Origin: an uncultured delta proteobacterium
GTDB taxonomy: Bacteria; Myxococcota; UBA727; VGSZ01
Direction: 5' to 3'
DNA length: 64,000 nt
Assembly: GCA_963775425.1 (NCBI GenBank)
Contig: CAVZJB010000008.1
Span: 288,001-352,000 of the forward strand
Positions 1 through 10,270 of the stretch are shown one piece after another (the stretch's first letter is position 1; every line of letters begins with the position of its first letter). A program made the translations under genes and the position numbers. Under the pieces are notes generated by a model. That model had not been told where the DNA came from. It worked only from the letters and a program-made list of their open reading frames with translations, and did no database searches.

Positions 1-2065
1 GGCTCAGGTGGAGGCGTCCGACGAGTCCGAGCGCGTCCGCCTCGACAGCGCGCGCGAGCGGCACTCGGTGTGCTTGCGCTATCTCGTGCGCGTCGCGCGC
101 GAGCGGCCGGTGGTGGCGTGGCTCGACGACGTGCAATGGGGCGGCGACGCCATCGCCTTCGCCCGCGCCGTCCTCGACGACGAGCTCGGCCGCCTCGCGC
201 CGATCCTCCTGGTGCTGTCGGCGAGCGAGGAGGGCCTCGGCGAGCGGCCCATCGAGGCGGGCGCGCTCGACGAGCTCTGCCGGAACCCGCGCACGGTGCA
301 GCTCTCGTTGCCGCACCTGCCCACGCGCGATCACCGCGCGCTCGTCGAGGAATTGCTCGGCCTCGAGCAGGGCCTCGCCGGCGCCGTCGCCGCCAGGAGC
401 GCGGGCAACCCGTTGTTCGCGGTGCAGCTCGTCGGTGACTTCGTCCAGCGCGGCGTTCTCGAGATCACGCCTGACGGCTTCGCGCTCAAGAAGGGCGAGC
501 CCGCGGCGCTGCCCGACAATCTCCACGAGGTGTGGAGCGAGCGCGTGCGCCGCGTGTTCGCAAAGACGCCGCCGGACTCGCAGCGCGCCCTCGAGCTCGG
601 CGCCGTGCTCGGCAGCAACGGCGACGACGGCGAGTGGCAGGCGATGTGCGAGACGGCGGGCGTGGACCTGCCCGCGGAGCTCGTCGACGAGCTCCTGCGC
701 GCGCGCCTGGTGGTCCCCGACGACGCCGGCCTCCGCTTCGCCCACGCCATGCTGCGCGAGAGCGTGCTGCGGGTGGCGGAGGAGGGCGGGCGGCTCGAGA
801 GCCATCACCGCACCGCGGCCAAGATGCTGCGCAAGCGCTACGGCGATCGCCGCCGCGGCGTCGCGGAGCGCATCGGGCGGCACCTGGTGTCCGCCGGTGA
901 CGTCGAGGAGGCGCTGCCGTGGCTGCTGCGCGCGGCGGAGGAGGCGGCGGTGTCGGCGGGGTACCCGCAGGCGCACATGCTGCTCGCCGAGCGTGACGCC
1001 GCCATCGACGCCCTGGGCCTCCCCGAGGAAGACGCGCGCCGCGCCGAGGGCTGGGCGCTGAAGGCGAGCTTCCTCGTCGACGAGGGCAAGCTCGACGAGG
1101 CGCGCATGTGGGCGGGCCTGGTGTTGCGCTACGCCGGCGAGGACGAGCACGCGCCGCTCATCCCGGGCGCGTCGCGCGTCTGCGCGCAGTGCGCGCTGCA
1201 GCAGGCGCGCTGGGACGAGGCCGAGAGGCACTTCACGCACGCACGCGACGCCGCCGTCGCCGTCAACGACGTCGACATGATCGTGCGCTCCACGGTGGGC
1301 CTCGCCGACATCGCCTACTACCGCGGCCACCTCGACGAGAGCGCGGGGCTGTTGGCGCAGGCGCTGGCGCTGTGCCAGGAGGAGGGCGACGAGGGCGGCA
1401 TGGCGTACTGCCTGTGGAACCTCGCGTACGTGTCCATCTGGCGCGGCGACGCCGACGAGGCGCGCGAGCTGCTCCTGCGGCAGCAGAAGCTCGCGCGGCG
1501 CACCGGTCACCGCTCGATGATCGCCAACGGAAAGAACGCCCTCGGCGACCTCGAGCGCTTCTCCGGGCACTACGACGACGCAGACGCCCGCTACGACGAC
1601 GCCTTGCGCCTGCTCGAGGCCATCGGCTCGGGGAAGCGGCGCACCGTTCGCTTGAACATGGCTATGAACGCCGTGGCGCGCGGGAACCTCGCTCGGGCGC
1701 GCGCGCTCGCCGACGACCTCCTCGCCGCCGCGCCCAGGCTCGATCCCGGCATCGCCTCCTTGTGCCACGGCGTGCTCGCCGCGTGTGCCGCGCATGACCG
1801 CAACTGGAAGTCCTTCGACGAGCACATCGCCGTGCTGGCCGCGTCCAAGCCCGAGCGCGACCTCGTCGACGCCGACGGCGCCATGCTCTTCGAGATCATC
1901 GGCGACCACGCGCGTGCCCAGGAGGACGACGCGCGCGCCGCCGACGCGTACGAGCACGCGCTCGAGCTGTGGAGCGTGCTCGGTCGGAAGGACCGCGTCT
2001 CGGGCGTGCAGAACGCGCTCGGCAAGCTCGGCACCGTGCGAACCCTGCGCCGCCGCGGGCACTAG
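1..2065 (+). CDS. C-terminal part of a STAND-type ATPase + TPR protein (probably a Ser/Thr kinase-AAA-TPR fusion); 5' end lies outside the window
   Basis: Walker-B-like WLDDVQW, GNPLF (GxP) motif, FAHAMLRE winged-helix-like motif, then helical TPR-like repeats; stop TAG at 2063-2065. Confidence 0.75.
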   Translation, partial: AQVEASDESERVRLDSARERHSVCLRYLVRVARERPVVAWLDDVQWGGDAIAFARAVLDDELGRLAPILLVLSASEEGLGERPIEAGALDELCRNPRTVQLSLPHLPTRDHRALVEELLGLEQGLAGAVAARSAGNPLFAVQLVGDFVQRGVLEITPDGFALKKGEPAALPDNLHEVWSERVRRVFAKTPPDSQRALELGAVLGSNGDDGEWQAMCETAGVDLPAELVDELLRARLVVPDDAGLRFAHAMLRESVLRVAEEGGRLESHHRTAAKMLRKRYGDRRRGVAERIGRHLVSAGDVEEALPWLLRAAEEAAVSAGYPQAHMLLAERDAAIDALGLPEEDARRAEGWALKASFLVDEGKLDEARMWAGLVLRYAGEDEHAPLIPGASRVCAQCALQQARWDEAERHFTHARDAAVAVNDVDMIVRSTVGLADIAYYRGHLDESAGLLAQALALCQEEGDEGGMAYCLWNLAYVSIWRGDADEARELLLRQQKLARRTGHRSMIANGKNALGDLERFSGHYDDADARYDDALRLLEAIGSGKRRTVRLNMAMNAVARGNLARARALADDLLAAAPRLDPGIASLCHGVLAACAAHDRNWKSFDEHIAVLAASKPERDLVDADGAMLFEIIGDHARAQEDDARAADAYEHALELWSVLGRKDRVSGVQNALGKLGTVRTLRRRGH

Positions 2066-2125
2066 AGAGTTGAACCGCAAAACAAATGGGTCGGCCAAGC
2101 ACTCGGCGCGAAGCGCCGCCCGCAC
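2062..2125 (+). repeat. Left copy of ~65-bp inverted repeat (CTAG-terminated, MITE/IS-end-like)
   Basis: ctagagagttgaaccgcaaaacaaatgggtcggccaagcactcggcgcgaagcgccgcccgcac matches the reverse complement of 10409-10473 with 3 mismatches + 1 indel. Confidence 0.9.
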
Positions 2126-2187
2126 CCGGCAAAGGGGGCTTGTCCGCGCTGTGCTCCCTGGCCATGGTCCGGCCGAAAGGACCGACG

Positions 2188-3174
2188 ATGACCGACACGC
2201 AAGATCCCGCCCCCTCGACGGGCGCCGCCGGCAAAGGCGCGCTCGACTTCGCCGGCGTGCTCGAGGCCATCAAGCCGCACGCCGTCCGCCGCCTGGCCGT
2301 CGCCGTCGGCCAGGACGACGCCGTGCTCGACGCCGTGGCGCGCGCGCGCCGCGAAAACGTCGCCGAGGCCGTGCTCGTCGGTGACGAGGGCCTCATCAAG
2401 GAAGTGGCCGCGCGCGTCGGCGCCGACCTCACGGGCATCGAGATCGAGCACGAGCCCGATCAGGTGAACGCCGCCCTGCGCGCCGTGGAGCTCGTGAGCA
2501 GCGGCGCCTGTCACATCGTCATGAAGGGCAAGATTCATACGGACGACTTCCTGCGCGCCGTCCTCGACAAGGAGGTCGGCCTGCGCGGAAAGCGCCTCCT
2601 CTCGCACTGCTTCATCCTCGAGGTGGAGCGGCCGCACCGGCACCTCTTGTTCGTCACCGACGGCGCCATGAACATCGCGCCCAACTTCGAGCAGAAGGCG
2701 CAGATCGCCACCAACGCCATCGCGCTCGCGCGCCTGTTCGGCATCGATCAGCCCAAGGTGGCGGCGCTCGCCGGCGTGGAGCTCGTGAACCCCAAGATGC
2801 CCGCCACGCAGGACGCGGCGGTGCTCGCCCTCATGAGCTACCGCGGCCAGTTCGAGGCCGGCATCGTCGAGGGGCCGCTGGCGCTCGACCTCGCCGTGTC
2901 CGAGGAGGCTGCGCGCGTGAAGGGGGTGAACAACCCCGTGGCAGGCAAGGCGGACATCCTGCTCGTGCCCTCCCTCGAGTGCGGCAACATCCTCGTCAAG
3001 ACGTTCTCGCACCTCGCCGGCGGCCGCACCGCGGGTCTGGTGCTCGGCGCGCGGGCGCCCGTGGTATTGACGTCGCGCGCGGACTCCGCGGAGTCGAAGT
3101 TCCTCTCCATCGCCTGCGCCGTGTACGCCGCCAACATGGCGGCCGTGCGTGTGAAGGTCGGCAAGGTGAAGTAG
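2188..3174 (+). CDS. Phosphate acyltransferase (PTA/PTB family; phosphate butyryl/acetyltransferase)
   Basis: MKGKIHT, DGAMNIAP, EGPLALDLA, GKADILLVP, GNILVK, PVVLTSRADS motifs; AAAGGA RBS before ATG 2188; directly upstream of acetate kinase. Confidence 0.9.
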   Translation: MTDTQDPAPSTGAAGKGALDFAGVLEAIKPHAVRRLAVAVGQDDAVLDAVARARRENVAEAVLVGDEGLIKEVAARVGADLTGIEIEHEPDQVNAALRAVELVSSGACHIVMKGKIHTDDFLRAVLDKEVGLRGKRLLSHCFILEVERPHRHLLFVTDGAMNIAPNFEQKAQIATNAIALARLFGIDQPKVAALAGVELVNPKMPATQDAAVLALMSYRGQFEAGIVEGPLALDLAVSEEAARVKGVNNPVAGKADILLVPSLECGNILVKTFSHLAGGRTAGLVLGARAPVVLTSRADSAESKFLSIACAVYAANMAAVRVKVGKVK

Positions 3175-3189
3175 CTCTTCGGGGGCGAG

Positions 3190-4374
3190 ATGGTCGTCAG
3201 GAGAAACGTCGTCGTCGTGAACTGCGGCTCATCGAGCGTGAAGCTCGACGTGTTCGTGCTGCCCAGCGAGGACAACCCGCTCTCGGTGCAGGTGGACCGC
3301 GTCGGCACGCCGGGCTCCGCGCTGCGGGTGAACCGCACCGAAGACCAGAGCGAGTCGCGCCCCGTGGAGGCCCCGGACACGGCGGCCGCCGTGGGCCTCG
3401 TCCTCGACGTGGTGGCCGCCGCCGGCTTCTCCGTCGACGTCGTCGGCCACCGCGTGGTGCATGGCGGCGAGCGCTTCTCCGACAGCGTCGTCGTCGACGA
3501 AGACGTGCTCGCCGCCATCAAGCGCTGTGTGCCGCTGGCGCCGCTGCACAACCCCGCCAACCTCGCCGGCATCCACGTGGCGCGCGCGCGGCTGCCTAGC
3601 GTGCCGCACGTGGCCGTCTTCGACACCGCGTTTCACCAGACGCTGGCGCCGGACGCCTACCTGTATGCGCTGCCGCGGGCGCTCCATGACGATGACGGCG
3701 TGCGCCGCTACGGCTTCCACGGCACCTCGCACCGCTACGTCGCGGAGCGCGCCGCCGCCTTCTTCGGTCGCGCGCTCACCACCCTTCGGCTGGTCACGCT
3801 TCACCTCGGCAACGGCTGCTCCGCGGCGGCCATCGACGGCGGAAAGAGCGTGGACACGTCCATGGGCATGACGCCGCTCGAGGGGCTGGTGATGGGGACG
3901 CGCAGCGGCGACGTCGACGCCGCCGTGGTGCTCCGCATCGCCCGCGACCAGGGCATCGACGCCGCGGAGACCACGCTCAACAAGCAGAGCGGCTTGCTCG
4001 GGGTGTCCAGGCGGAGCAACGACATGCGCGATCTGGAGAAGGCCGCGGCCGAGGGCGACGCCGACGCCGACCTCGCCATCCGCGTCTTCAGCCGCCGCGC
4101 CAAGAAGTACGTGGGCGCGTTCGCCGCCGTGCTCGGCGGCGTCGACGGCGTCGTCTTCACCGGCGGGATCGGCGAGAACTCGGCGCGCGTGCGCCGCGAG
4201 ATCTGCGACGGCCTCGGCGTCATCGGCGCGCTCCTCGACGACCGGAAGAACGAGCGCAGCGAGCGCGGCGAGCGTGATCTCGCCTCCATGGACTCGCGCG
4301 TGCGCATCCTCGTCATTCCCACCGACGAAGAGCGGGCCATCGCCCGCGACGCCCTCCGCCTCGCGGGCTTGTGA
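3190..4374 (+). CDS. ackA: Acetate kinase
   Basis: NCGSSSVK, GHRVVHGG, APLHNP, FDTAFH, RRYGFHGTSH, TSMGMTPLEGLVMGTRSGD, FTGGIGEN, PTDEE motifs. Confidence 0.95.
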   Translation: MVVRRNVVVVNCGSSSVKLDVFVLPSEDNPLSVQVDRVGTPGSALRVNRTEDQSESRPVEAPDTAAAVGLVLDVVAAAGFSVDVVGHRVVHGGERFSDSVVVDEDVLAAIKRCVPLAPLHNPANLAGIHVARARLPSVPHVAVFDTAFHQTLAPDAYLYALPRALHDDDGVRRYGFHGTSHRYVAERAAAFFGRALTTLRLVTLHLGNGCSAAAIDGGKSVDTSMGMTPLEGLVMGTRSGDVDAAVVLRIARDQGIDAAETTLNKQSGLLGVSRRSNDMRDLEKAAAEGDADADLAIRVFSRRAKKYVGAFAAVLGGVDGVVFTGGIGENSARVRREICDGLGVIGALLDDRKNERSERGERDLASMDSRVRILVIPTDEERAIARDALRLAGL

Positions 4375-4727
4375 CCCGGGCCGCGCCGTCCGCGCGCCCG
4401 GGCATCGGGCTCACCTTCGAGATCGAGATCCCGGACACGGACCTCGCGGCGGTGAACGGCGCGGTGGACCTCGTGGAGAACGACATCCGCGGCACGGTGA
4501 CCATCGACGGCGACGTCGTCGAGGTCGGCGGCGCGTTGAACCCCGACTACGACCGCGAGGCGCTCGACGCGAGCTGGGCTTGCAACCAGCCCGCCGCCAC
4601 CGGCTGCTCCTCGAGCGGCGTGCCCGCGCCCGTCGCCGCCGCTGCGGCGCTCGCGCTCGGCCTCGCGCGTCGCCGGCGGCGCTCGCGGCCTACGCGCGTC
4701 GCCGCCCCGCGCCGCGCGGGGAGCTGA
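4371..4727 (+). pseudogene. Probable 3' remnant of a MYXO-CTERM-anchored surface protein
   Basis: Coding-like codons (GLTFEIEIPDTD...), ends in GCSS + hydrophobic stretch + RRRRR, but has no signal peptide and no clear RBS. Confidence 0.5.
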
Positions 4728-4730
4728 GCT

Positions 4731-5675
4731 TCACCAGAGGTTGCCGGGCCCGCCGGGCGCGTAGTTCTTGTCGTAGAACTTCCGGTACGCGCCGCCGTAG
4801 TAGTCACGGTAGTTGGTGCCGGCGGGCTGGCCCGACGGCCGCAAGTGCGCGTAGCGCTCGACGAGCGCGTCGTGCGAAGGGAACGGCTTGGCGGTGTCCA
4901 CGCCGGCGACGCCGATGTCGTTCCCGGTCTTGCTCAGCACCTCGTCGCGGATCTTCTTGTTGATCTCGGTGGCGTGGGCTTCGTCGCCGAGGTTGCGGTT
5001 GGTGTTGGCGGCGACATAGTTGCGCTCGCGCCAGGCCTCGATGGTCCGGTCCGACTTCCCGGGGTTGTCGCCGAGGCCGGGCTTCACCAAACCGGGGGCA
5101 CCGCTGCGCGCGTAGTCGAAGTGACCGAGCTCATGGGCGATGGTCTCCTTGTGATCCGCCTCCGAGGTCGCGGTCCCGTGGCTGCGGGTCATGATTGCGA
5201 TCTGCGGCGGGTGACCGTCCTTGAAGAAACCGCTGTCCCCACCGTCGGTGAGCTTGCCGCCCTCGGCGCGGAACCTGGCGAGGAGCGCCTTGGCCGTCGG
5301 GGAGTCCGCGGCGAGCTTGTCGGCGGTGGCGTTGAACTTCTTCTCGAGCGCCGCCTGTCGCGCGGCCGCCGTGTTGGGCGCCGCCGTCACCGCCGCCCCG
5401 GACGACGGGCCGGTCGCGGCGGAGGGGCTCGGCGCGGCCGGCATCGCCGGGTCCGTCGACGACGGCGCCCGGGCGGCGAATTGCCGGAAGCGTTGCCCCG
5501 CCGCCTGCTGGACCGAGGCGGTTGCCTGCACGTTCGCGGGATCGAGCGGGGGCTTCTGGCTCGGTTGCTGCGCGAGCTGCTGGCCGACCGCTTGCGACGC
5601 CGCGGTGTCGTTCACCTTGGGCGGCGGCGGGGGCGGCGGCGGCGGCGGCTTCTGCGGGGAGATCTCGTCTGCCAT
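4731..5675 (-). CDS. Pro/Ala-rich N-terminus + HExxH zinc-metallopeptidase-like domain; putative secreted effector/toxin
   Basis: GGAG RBS before ATG 5675; poly-Pro tract; TIAHELGH, downstream DEAHAT glutamate, DIGVAG and YRDYYGG motifs. Confidence 0.7.
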   Translation of the reverse strand: MADEISPQKPPPPPPPPPPKVNDTAASQAVGQQLAQQPSQKPPLDPANVQATASVQQAAGQRFRQFAARAPSSTDPAMPAAPSPSAATGPSSGAAVTAAPNTAAARQAALEKKFNATADKLAADSPTAKALLARFRAEGGKLTDGGDSGFFKDGHPPQIAIMTRSHGTATSEADHKETIAHELGHFDYARSGAPGLVKPGLGDNPGKSDRTIEAWRERNYVAANTNRNLGDEAHATEINKKIRDEVLSKTGNDIGVAGVDTAKPFPSHDALVERYAHLRPSGQPAGTNYRDYYGGAYRKFYDKNYAPGGPGNLW

Positions 5676-5820
5676 GTGTGCTCCAGGGGACGGTGAGGTT
5701 GTCGGCATACAGGTTCCGCCGCGCACCTCGGTCGCCGCGTGGATGCGAGCGCGGCGCACAGGAGCGCCGGCGCCGCGCGGGCATCGGTCGAACGTCCCCC
5801 CGCCCGGGGTAGGCTGCGCC

Positions 5821-6051
5821 GTGCCCGCGAAAGAGCCGCTCACGCGCACGACCAAGCTCATCGCCGCCGTCGCCGTCGGCGTCTTCGCGCTCGCGCTGAT
5901 CGCCGCCGCGCTGGTGGTCCTGTCGCTGATCCCCACGGACACCGCGCGGCTCGCCCGGCAGGCGCCGCCGTTTTCCACGGGCGCGGTGAAGGCGGCGCCG
6001 GGGTGTCCGCTCACGGAGATCGTCGCCCGAGCGCGAGCTGCGCGGTGGTGA
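5821..6051 (+). pseudogene. Short TM-helix ORF, possibly the 5' remnant of a membrane protein
   Basis: KLIAAVAVGVFALALIAAALVVLSLIP hydrophobic helix; the ORF runs into the AKR remnant on the opposite strand. Confidence 0.3.
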
Positions 6052-6315
6052 CGCCCTCTTGCTCGGCGAGCTCGGCGACGGCGTCCACCAGACGCAGGTT
6101 CTTCGCGAAGTTCTCGCCCTGAAAGCGCGGCGAGTGACGGCGGTAGTCGTCTTCCGGGATGTCCTCGTAGCGGCGGATGGCGCCGGACAGGAAGCCGCGA
6201 CCGAGGGGGCTGTAGGCGACGAAGCCGATGCCGAGCTCCCGGCACGTGGCGAGCACGCCGTCCTCGGGGTCGCGCGTCCACAGCGAGTACTCCGACTGCA
6301 GCGCCGCGATGGGGT
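6030..6315 (-). pseudogene. Internal fragment of an aldo/keto reductase
   Basis: [58 protein letters not shown] is the AKR core; the N-terminal catalytic half and the C-terminus are missing; boundaries approximate. Confidence 0.85.
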
Positions 6316-6402
6316 CGCTTCCGTCTGTTTTGTCCCAGGTCGCCACGTTCGCGGCCTCCCGGCGACAGCGGCGCCGCGCGCGCCGTAAGGTGACCGCGCG
6401 CC

Positions 6403-8355
6403 ATGTTTGTCCCGGCCCTCCTGGTCGCTGCCGCTGCACCGCAGACGCCGACGCCGTTTCCTCGCGATGTCGTGGTGCCGACGCCCACCGAGGCCATCGG
6501 CCTCGGTGAGATCTACGCCGTGCGCGGCGGCAAGCTGTGGATGAAGCGGGCGGCGGGCTCCTGGGAGCTCTATGGCGGCACGGGCGCTCCGCCAGGGACG
6601 GATCACCCCGTCATCGCCGTCTTTGCCGATGAGGACGAGCACTTCACGGTGGTCACCGACGACCTGCTGATGCACCACCACGAAAATGGCGCGTGGGACT
6701 CCCTTTGGGGCCTGCCGTCGCTGCCGCCGGTGCGCGGCCCGCTCGCCTTGCCGTTCGCCACCGCGTCGCTGCGGCCGGGGCGCGCGGCGTACAGCATGCG
6801 CCAGAAGAACGTGCTGTTCTACGAGGACCGAAACGGTGCCCAGTTCTTCTGGGGCGACGCCGGCACCACGTCGCTGTTCGTGCTCACGGACGACGGGCGC
6901 CGCATCCTGTTCGGCGATCCGTGGTTGCCGCCGGACTTCTCGCGCGAGATCTGCGCGCCCGAGCGCGGCGGCTTTGTCATGGCGTCGGTGGCGGCCAGCG
7001 CGTCCATGCTCTTCGTCATCGGCGTCGACGGCTCGATGTTCACCCGCTTCGAGGACTACGACCACGACGGCGGCACGCCGCTGTTTTCATACGACTACCG
7101 CCCCGAGCGCTCCGCGCGGCCGCCGCCCGTCGGGCGCGCGGGCACCGACCCGCTCTCGGCGGCGCAGACGCGCGGGCTCCCCGCCGACGACTGGCACGCG
7201 CAGCCCCCGGTCGCGCTCTCGGGGAAGGCGCGGCTGAGCCGGAACATCGCCATCGTGCAGACCGGCAGGGGCAACGCCGCGCGCGAGCTGCGCGTCGCCG
7301 GCGACGACGCCGACGGCCGCCGCGGCGTGTACGCAAAGCCGCTCGACGCGGCGCGATGGACGTTTCGCCCCGCGGGCGACGGCGCCCTCGACGCGGGGCT
7401 CGACGTCGCGGCCGGCGCCTGGCTCGATCCGCGCGCGCAGGCGCACGCGGCGGCGCCGTCGGTCTCGTACGGCGGCTTCCTGCGCATGGCGTCGTCCTCG
7501 GTGAGCGGCGCCCGGCGTGCGCGCGGGAAGATCCGCGCGTACGGCGTCACCGACGACTTTGCCTTTCACTGCTCACCGTTTCACCTCACGCTCGACGTCG
7601 GCGGCGTCGACGTGCCGCTGCTGGTGCACGCGGTGGACGCGTGGACGCTCTTTTCCGAGAGAGATCCCGTCGACGACGACACCGCCGGCAAGCGCTACAA
7701 GATCACGCTCTTCCTCGACGAGCCCGCCGGCGCGGCGCCGCTCCCCGCGGAGACCCGCGCGGCGCTCGATGATCTGTTTCGCGGCGCCCTCGGCCGGCCC
7801 TTCGCCTTCGCCGGCGTGGCCAACCAGCACGAGCTGGTCATCGTGCCGGTGAGCTATCCCCTCGACGTGGCCCGCGCGCGTTGGTCCCTGGTGATGCGCT
7901 CGAACCCGGCGGAGCGGGCGCTCGCCGTGGTGCCGCTCCACCCCGCGTCGCACCTCGCCGCGCGCATCCTCGCGGCCGGCGGCGCCGGCGCCGGCGCGAC
8001 GCTCGCCGACGTCCGCCGCGACGGGAGCGGGTGCCGCCCCGCCGTGCACGCGCGCGCCGCGCGGGCGCTCGTCGCCGTGCGCGCCGCCCGCGACGAGGCC
8101 GAGCGCCGCTTGCTGCTGTCCCGCGCGCTCGAGGCCGCGCTGCCGTCGGGCACCGCCGTCGTCGACGTCGGCACCGTCGTCACGTCGCTGCGCTTCACGT
8201 GGCCGCTCACCGGTTGGCTCGACAGCCTCGAGCTGCACCTGCCCGCGGTGCTGGGCGCGCCCGTGCTCGCGTACGAGCGCTTCGTCGACGGCTCGCGCGC
8301 GGACTTCGACGCCACCGAGCACGCGCTCGCCGCGTGCGCGGGAGCTGCGTCGTGA
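6403..8355 (+). CDS. Hypothetical exported protein (650 aa; beta-rich N-terminal half)
   Basis: Long ORF with high GC3, short signal-like N-terminus, Trp/Gly-rich; GTGA overlap with the next gene. Confidence 0.7.
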   Translation: MFVPALLVAAAAPQTPTPFPRDVVVPTPTEAIGLGEIYAVRGGKLWMKRAAGSWELYGGTGAPPGTDHPVIAVFADEDEHFTVVTDDLLMHHHENGAWDSLWGLPSLPPVRGPLALPFATASLRPGRAAYSMRQKNVLFYEDRNGAQFFWGDAGTTSLFVLTDDGRRILFGDPWLPPDFSREICAPERGGFVMASVAASASMLFVIGVDGSMFTRFEDYDHDGGTPLFSYDYRPERSARPPPVGRAGTDPLSAAQTRGLPADDWHAQPPVALSGKARLSRNIAIVQTGRGNAARELRVAGDDADGRRGVYAKPLDAARWTFRPAGDGALDAGLDVAAGAWLDPRAQAHAAAPSVSYGGFLRMASSSVSGARRARGKIRAYGVTDDFAFHCSPFHLTLDVGGVDVPLLVHAVDAWTLFSERDPVDDDTAGKRYKITLFLDEPAGAAPLPAETRAALDDLFRGALGRPFAFAGVANQHELVIVPVSYPLDVARARWSLVMRSNPAERALAVVPLHPASHLAARILAAGGAGAGATLADVRRDGSGCRPAVHARAARALVAVRAARDEAERRLLLSRALEAALPSGTAVVDVGTVVTSLRFTWPLTGWLDSLELHLPAVLGAPVLAYERFVDGSRADFDATEHALAACAGAAS

Positions 8356-10142
8356 GCGCCCCCGCCGCGAGCCAAGGCGCCCGAGCGCGGCTGCCAGACC
8401 GCTTCGCGGGCCTCCTCGGCGGCGCGTTCGACGACGAGGCCCGCGCCGCGTTCGGCCGCAGCGTCATCGACAGCAACAACGTCCGCCTGCGGGTGCTCTT
8501 GCCCCTGATGGCGGTGGTGCATGTGGCGCACACGCTGCTCTATTGGGTGTCACCCGCCGAGCGCGCCACGCTCGCGCCCACCGTCGCCCTCTGGCGCGAC
8601 GGCGTGGTGACGGCGCACCTCGCCACGCTCGTGCTCAACCTGGCGCTGGCGGCGCTGGCGTGGCTGCGCCCGCGGGCGAGCTCCGCGTGGCTGTACGGCC
8701 CTGCCGCCGCCACGCTGTATCTGGTCCACGGCGCGGCCTGCTCGGGCGTAGACCAGCTCGTGGTCATGAACGTCACGGCGTTCACGGGTTACGCGTTCGG
8801 CATCGCCGTGATCATCGCGCTCACGCCGTGGCAGACGGTGGTGTGCTACGGCATCGGCCTGGTGAGCGTCGTCGGCGCCGTCGGCGCGCTTCAGCCCGAC
8901 GTCAACATGCGCACGTCGGCGTTGGCCAACGCCGTGTCGCTCTCCGTGGCCGGCGTGGGCCTTGCCGTCATCCTGCACGGCAACCGCCGCCGCGACTTCG
9001 CGCAGCGCCGCACCATCGATCGCCAGCGCCAGGAGCTGCAGTCGTTGAACGCGGTCCTCGAGCGGCGCGTGCGGGAGCAGGTGGCCGAGATCGTCCAGCG
9101 CGCCGACGAGGTCGACGCGTTGAACACGCAGTTGCAGGCGCGCGTGCGCGATCGCTCGAACGAGCTGTCGCTGGCGCTCGCCCAGCTCGCCTCGCAGCGC
9201 GAGGCCGACGGTACGCTCAAGCCGGGCACGCTCCTCGCCGAGCGCTTCGAGATCGTGGAGCTGCTCGGGCAGGGCGGCATGGGCGCGGTCTACGCGGGCG
9301 TCGACAGGACCACGAGCGCGCGCGTGGCCGTCAAGGTCATCCAGGCCGCGTCGGCGCGACAGCTCGACGCCTTGCATCGCTTCCTCCTCGAGGCGCGCTC
9401 CGCTGCCACCATCGCGCACGCGGCGGTGGTGCGGGTGCTCCACGTCGACATCTCCGACGATGGCCTGCTGTTCCAGGTGCAAGAGCTCGTCGACGGCGAG
9501 ACGCTCGAGGGCTGGCTGCGCCGCAAGGAGGCGGTGCCCGCGGGTGTCGTCGCGCGGGTCGGCGCCGTGCTGTGCGAGGCGCTGGCGGCGGCGCATGAAG
9601 CGGGCGTCATCCATCGCGACGTCAAGCCGAGCAACGTGATGCTGACGTCGGCGGCGCCGCACGTGAAGCTCCTCGACTTCGGCATCGCCAAGCTCTCGGA
9701 GCGTCACGACACCAGGGACACGGAGCGCACGGGGACCGGCTTCTTCCTCGGGACGCCCGCGTACATGGCCCCGGAGCAGAAGGAGGGCGCCGCCGACGTC
9801 ACCGACCGCGCCGACGTCTACGCCGTCGGCGTCGTGCTCTTCCGCATGCTCACGCGGCGGCTGCCCACGGAGAAGGAGACCGCGCGCGCGCGCGGCGGCG
9901 AGCCTGACACGGCGCCTGACCAGACGGGCCTCGCGGGGCTCGTCGACGCCAAGGTCGCGCACGTCGTCGGCGCTTGCCTCACCCTCGACCCCGCGGCGCG
10001 CCCGAGCGCCCGGGTCCTGGCCGCGGAGCTCGCGGCGCTCGCCGAGGAGGCGCACGCCGCGCCGCTCACGTCGCTCGATCTGGGTGGCGCCGCGCCGGCC
10101 CTCGAGTCGATCACCCAGACCACCTGGCAGCGCCGCACCTGA
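8352..10142 (+). CDS. Polytopic-membrane Ser/Thr protein kinase (~5-6 TM + coiled coil + Hanks kinase)
   Basis: LGQGGMGAVY, VAVKVI, IHRDVKPSN, DFGIAK, GTPAYMAPE, DVYAVG; hydrophobic N-terminus; GTG 8352 overlaps the upstream TGA. Confidence 0.9.
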   Translation: MSAPAASQGARARLPDRFAGLLGGAFDDEARAAFGRSVIDSNNVRLRVLLPLMAVVHVAHTLLYWVSPAERATLAPTVALWRDGVVTAHLATLVLNLALAALAWLRPRASSAWLYGPAAATLYLVHGAACSGVDQLVVMNVTAFTGYAFGIAVIIALTPWQTVVCYGIGLVSVVGAVGALQPDVNMRTSALANAVSLSVAGVGLAVILHGNRRRDFAQRRTIDRQRQELQSLNAVLERRVREQVAEIVQRADEVDALNTQLQARVRDRSNELSLALAQLASQREADGTLKPGTLLAERFEIVELLGQGGMGAVYAGVDRTTSARVAVKVIQAASARQLDALHRFLLEARSAATIAHAAVVRVLHVDISDDGLLFQVQELVDGETLEGWLRRKEAVPAGVVARVGAVLCEALAAAHEAGVIHRDVKPSNVMLTSAAPHVKLLDFGIAKLSERHDTRDTERTGTGFFLGTPAYMAPEQKEGAADVTDRADVYAVGVVLFRMLTRRLPTEKETARARGGEPDTAPDQTGLAGLVDAKVAHVVGACLTLDPAARPSARVLAAELAALAEEAHAAPLTSLDLGGAAPALESITQTTWQRRT

Positions 10143-10270
10143 CCGGGTGATCGAGACGCACGTCGCGCAAAGGAGGCGCTCCGCGCGGCCGCCCGCGCGC
10201 CCTCGGGCGAGCGGGAGCGCGGCCGCACATCGGGCTGCTGGAGAAGTGATCCGCATAGCGAACAGGGTCA

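Noticed and set aside
2086-2187. ORF-track N-terminal extension of the phosphate acyltransferase (MGRPSTRR...)
   Set aside because: That ATG lies inside the 65-bp repeat; the RBS-supported start is 2188.
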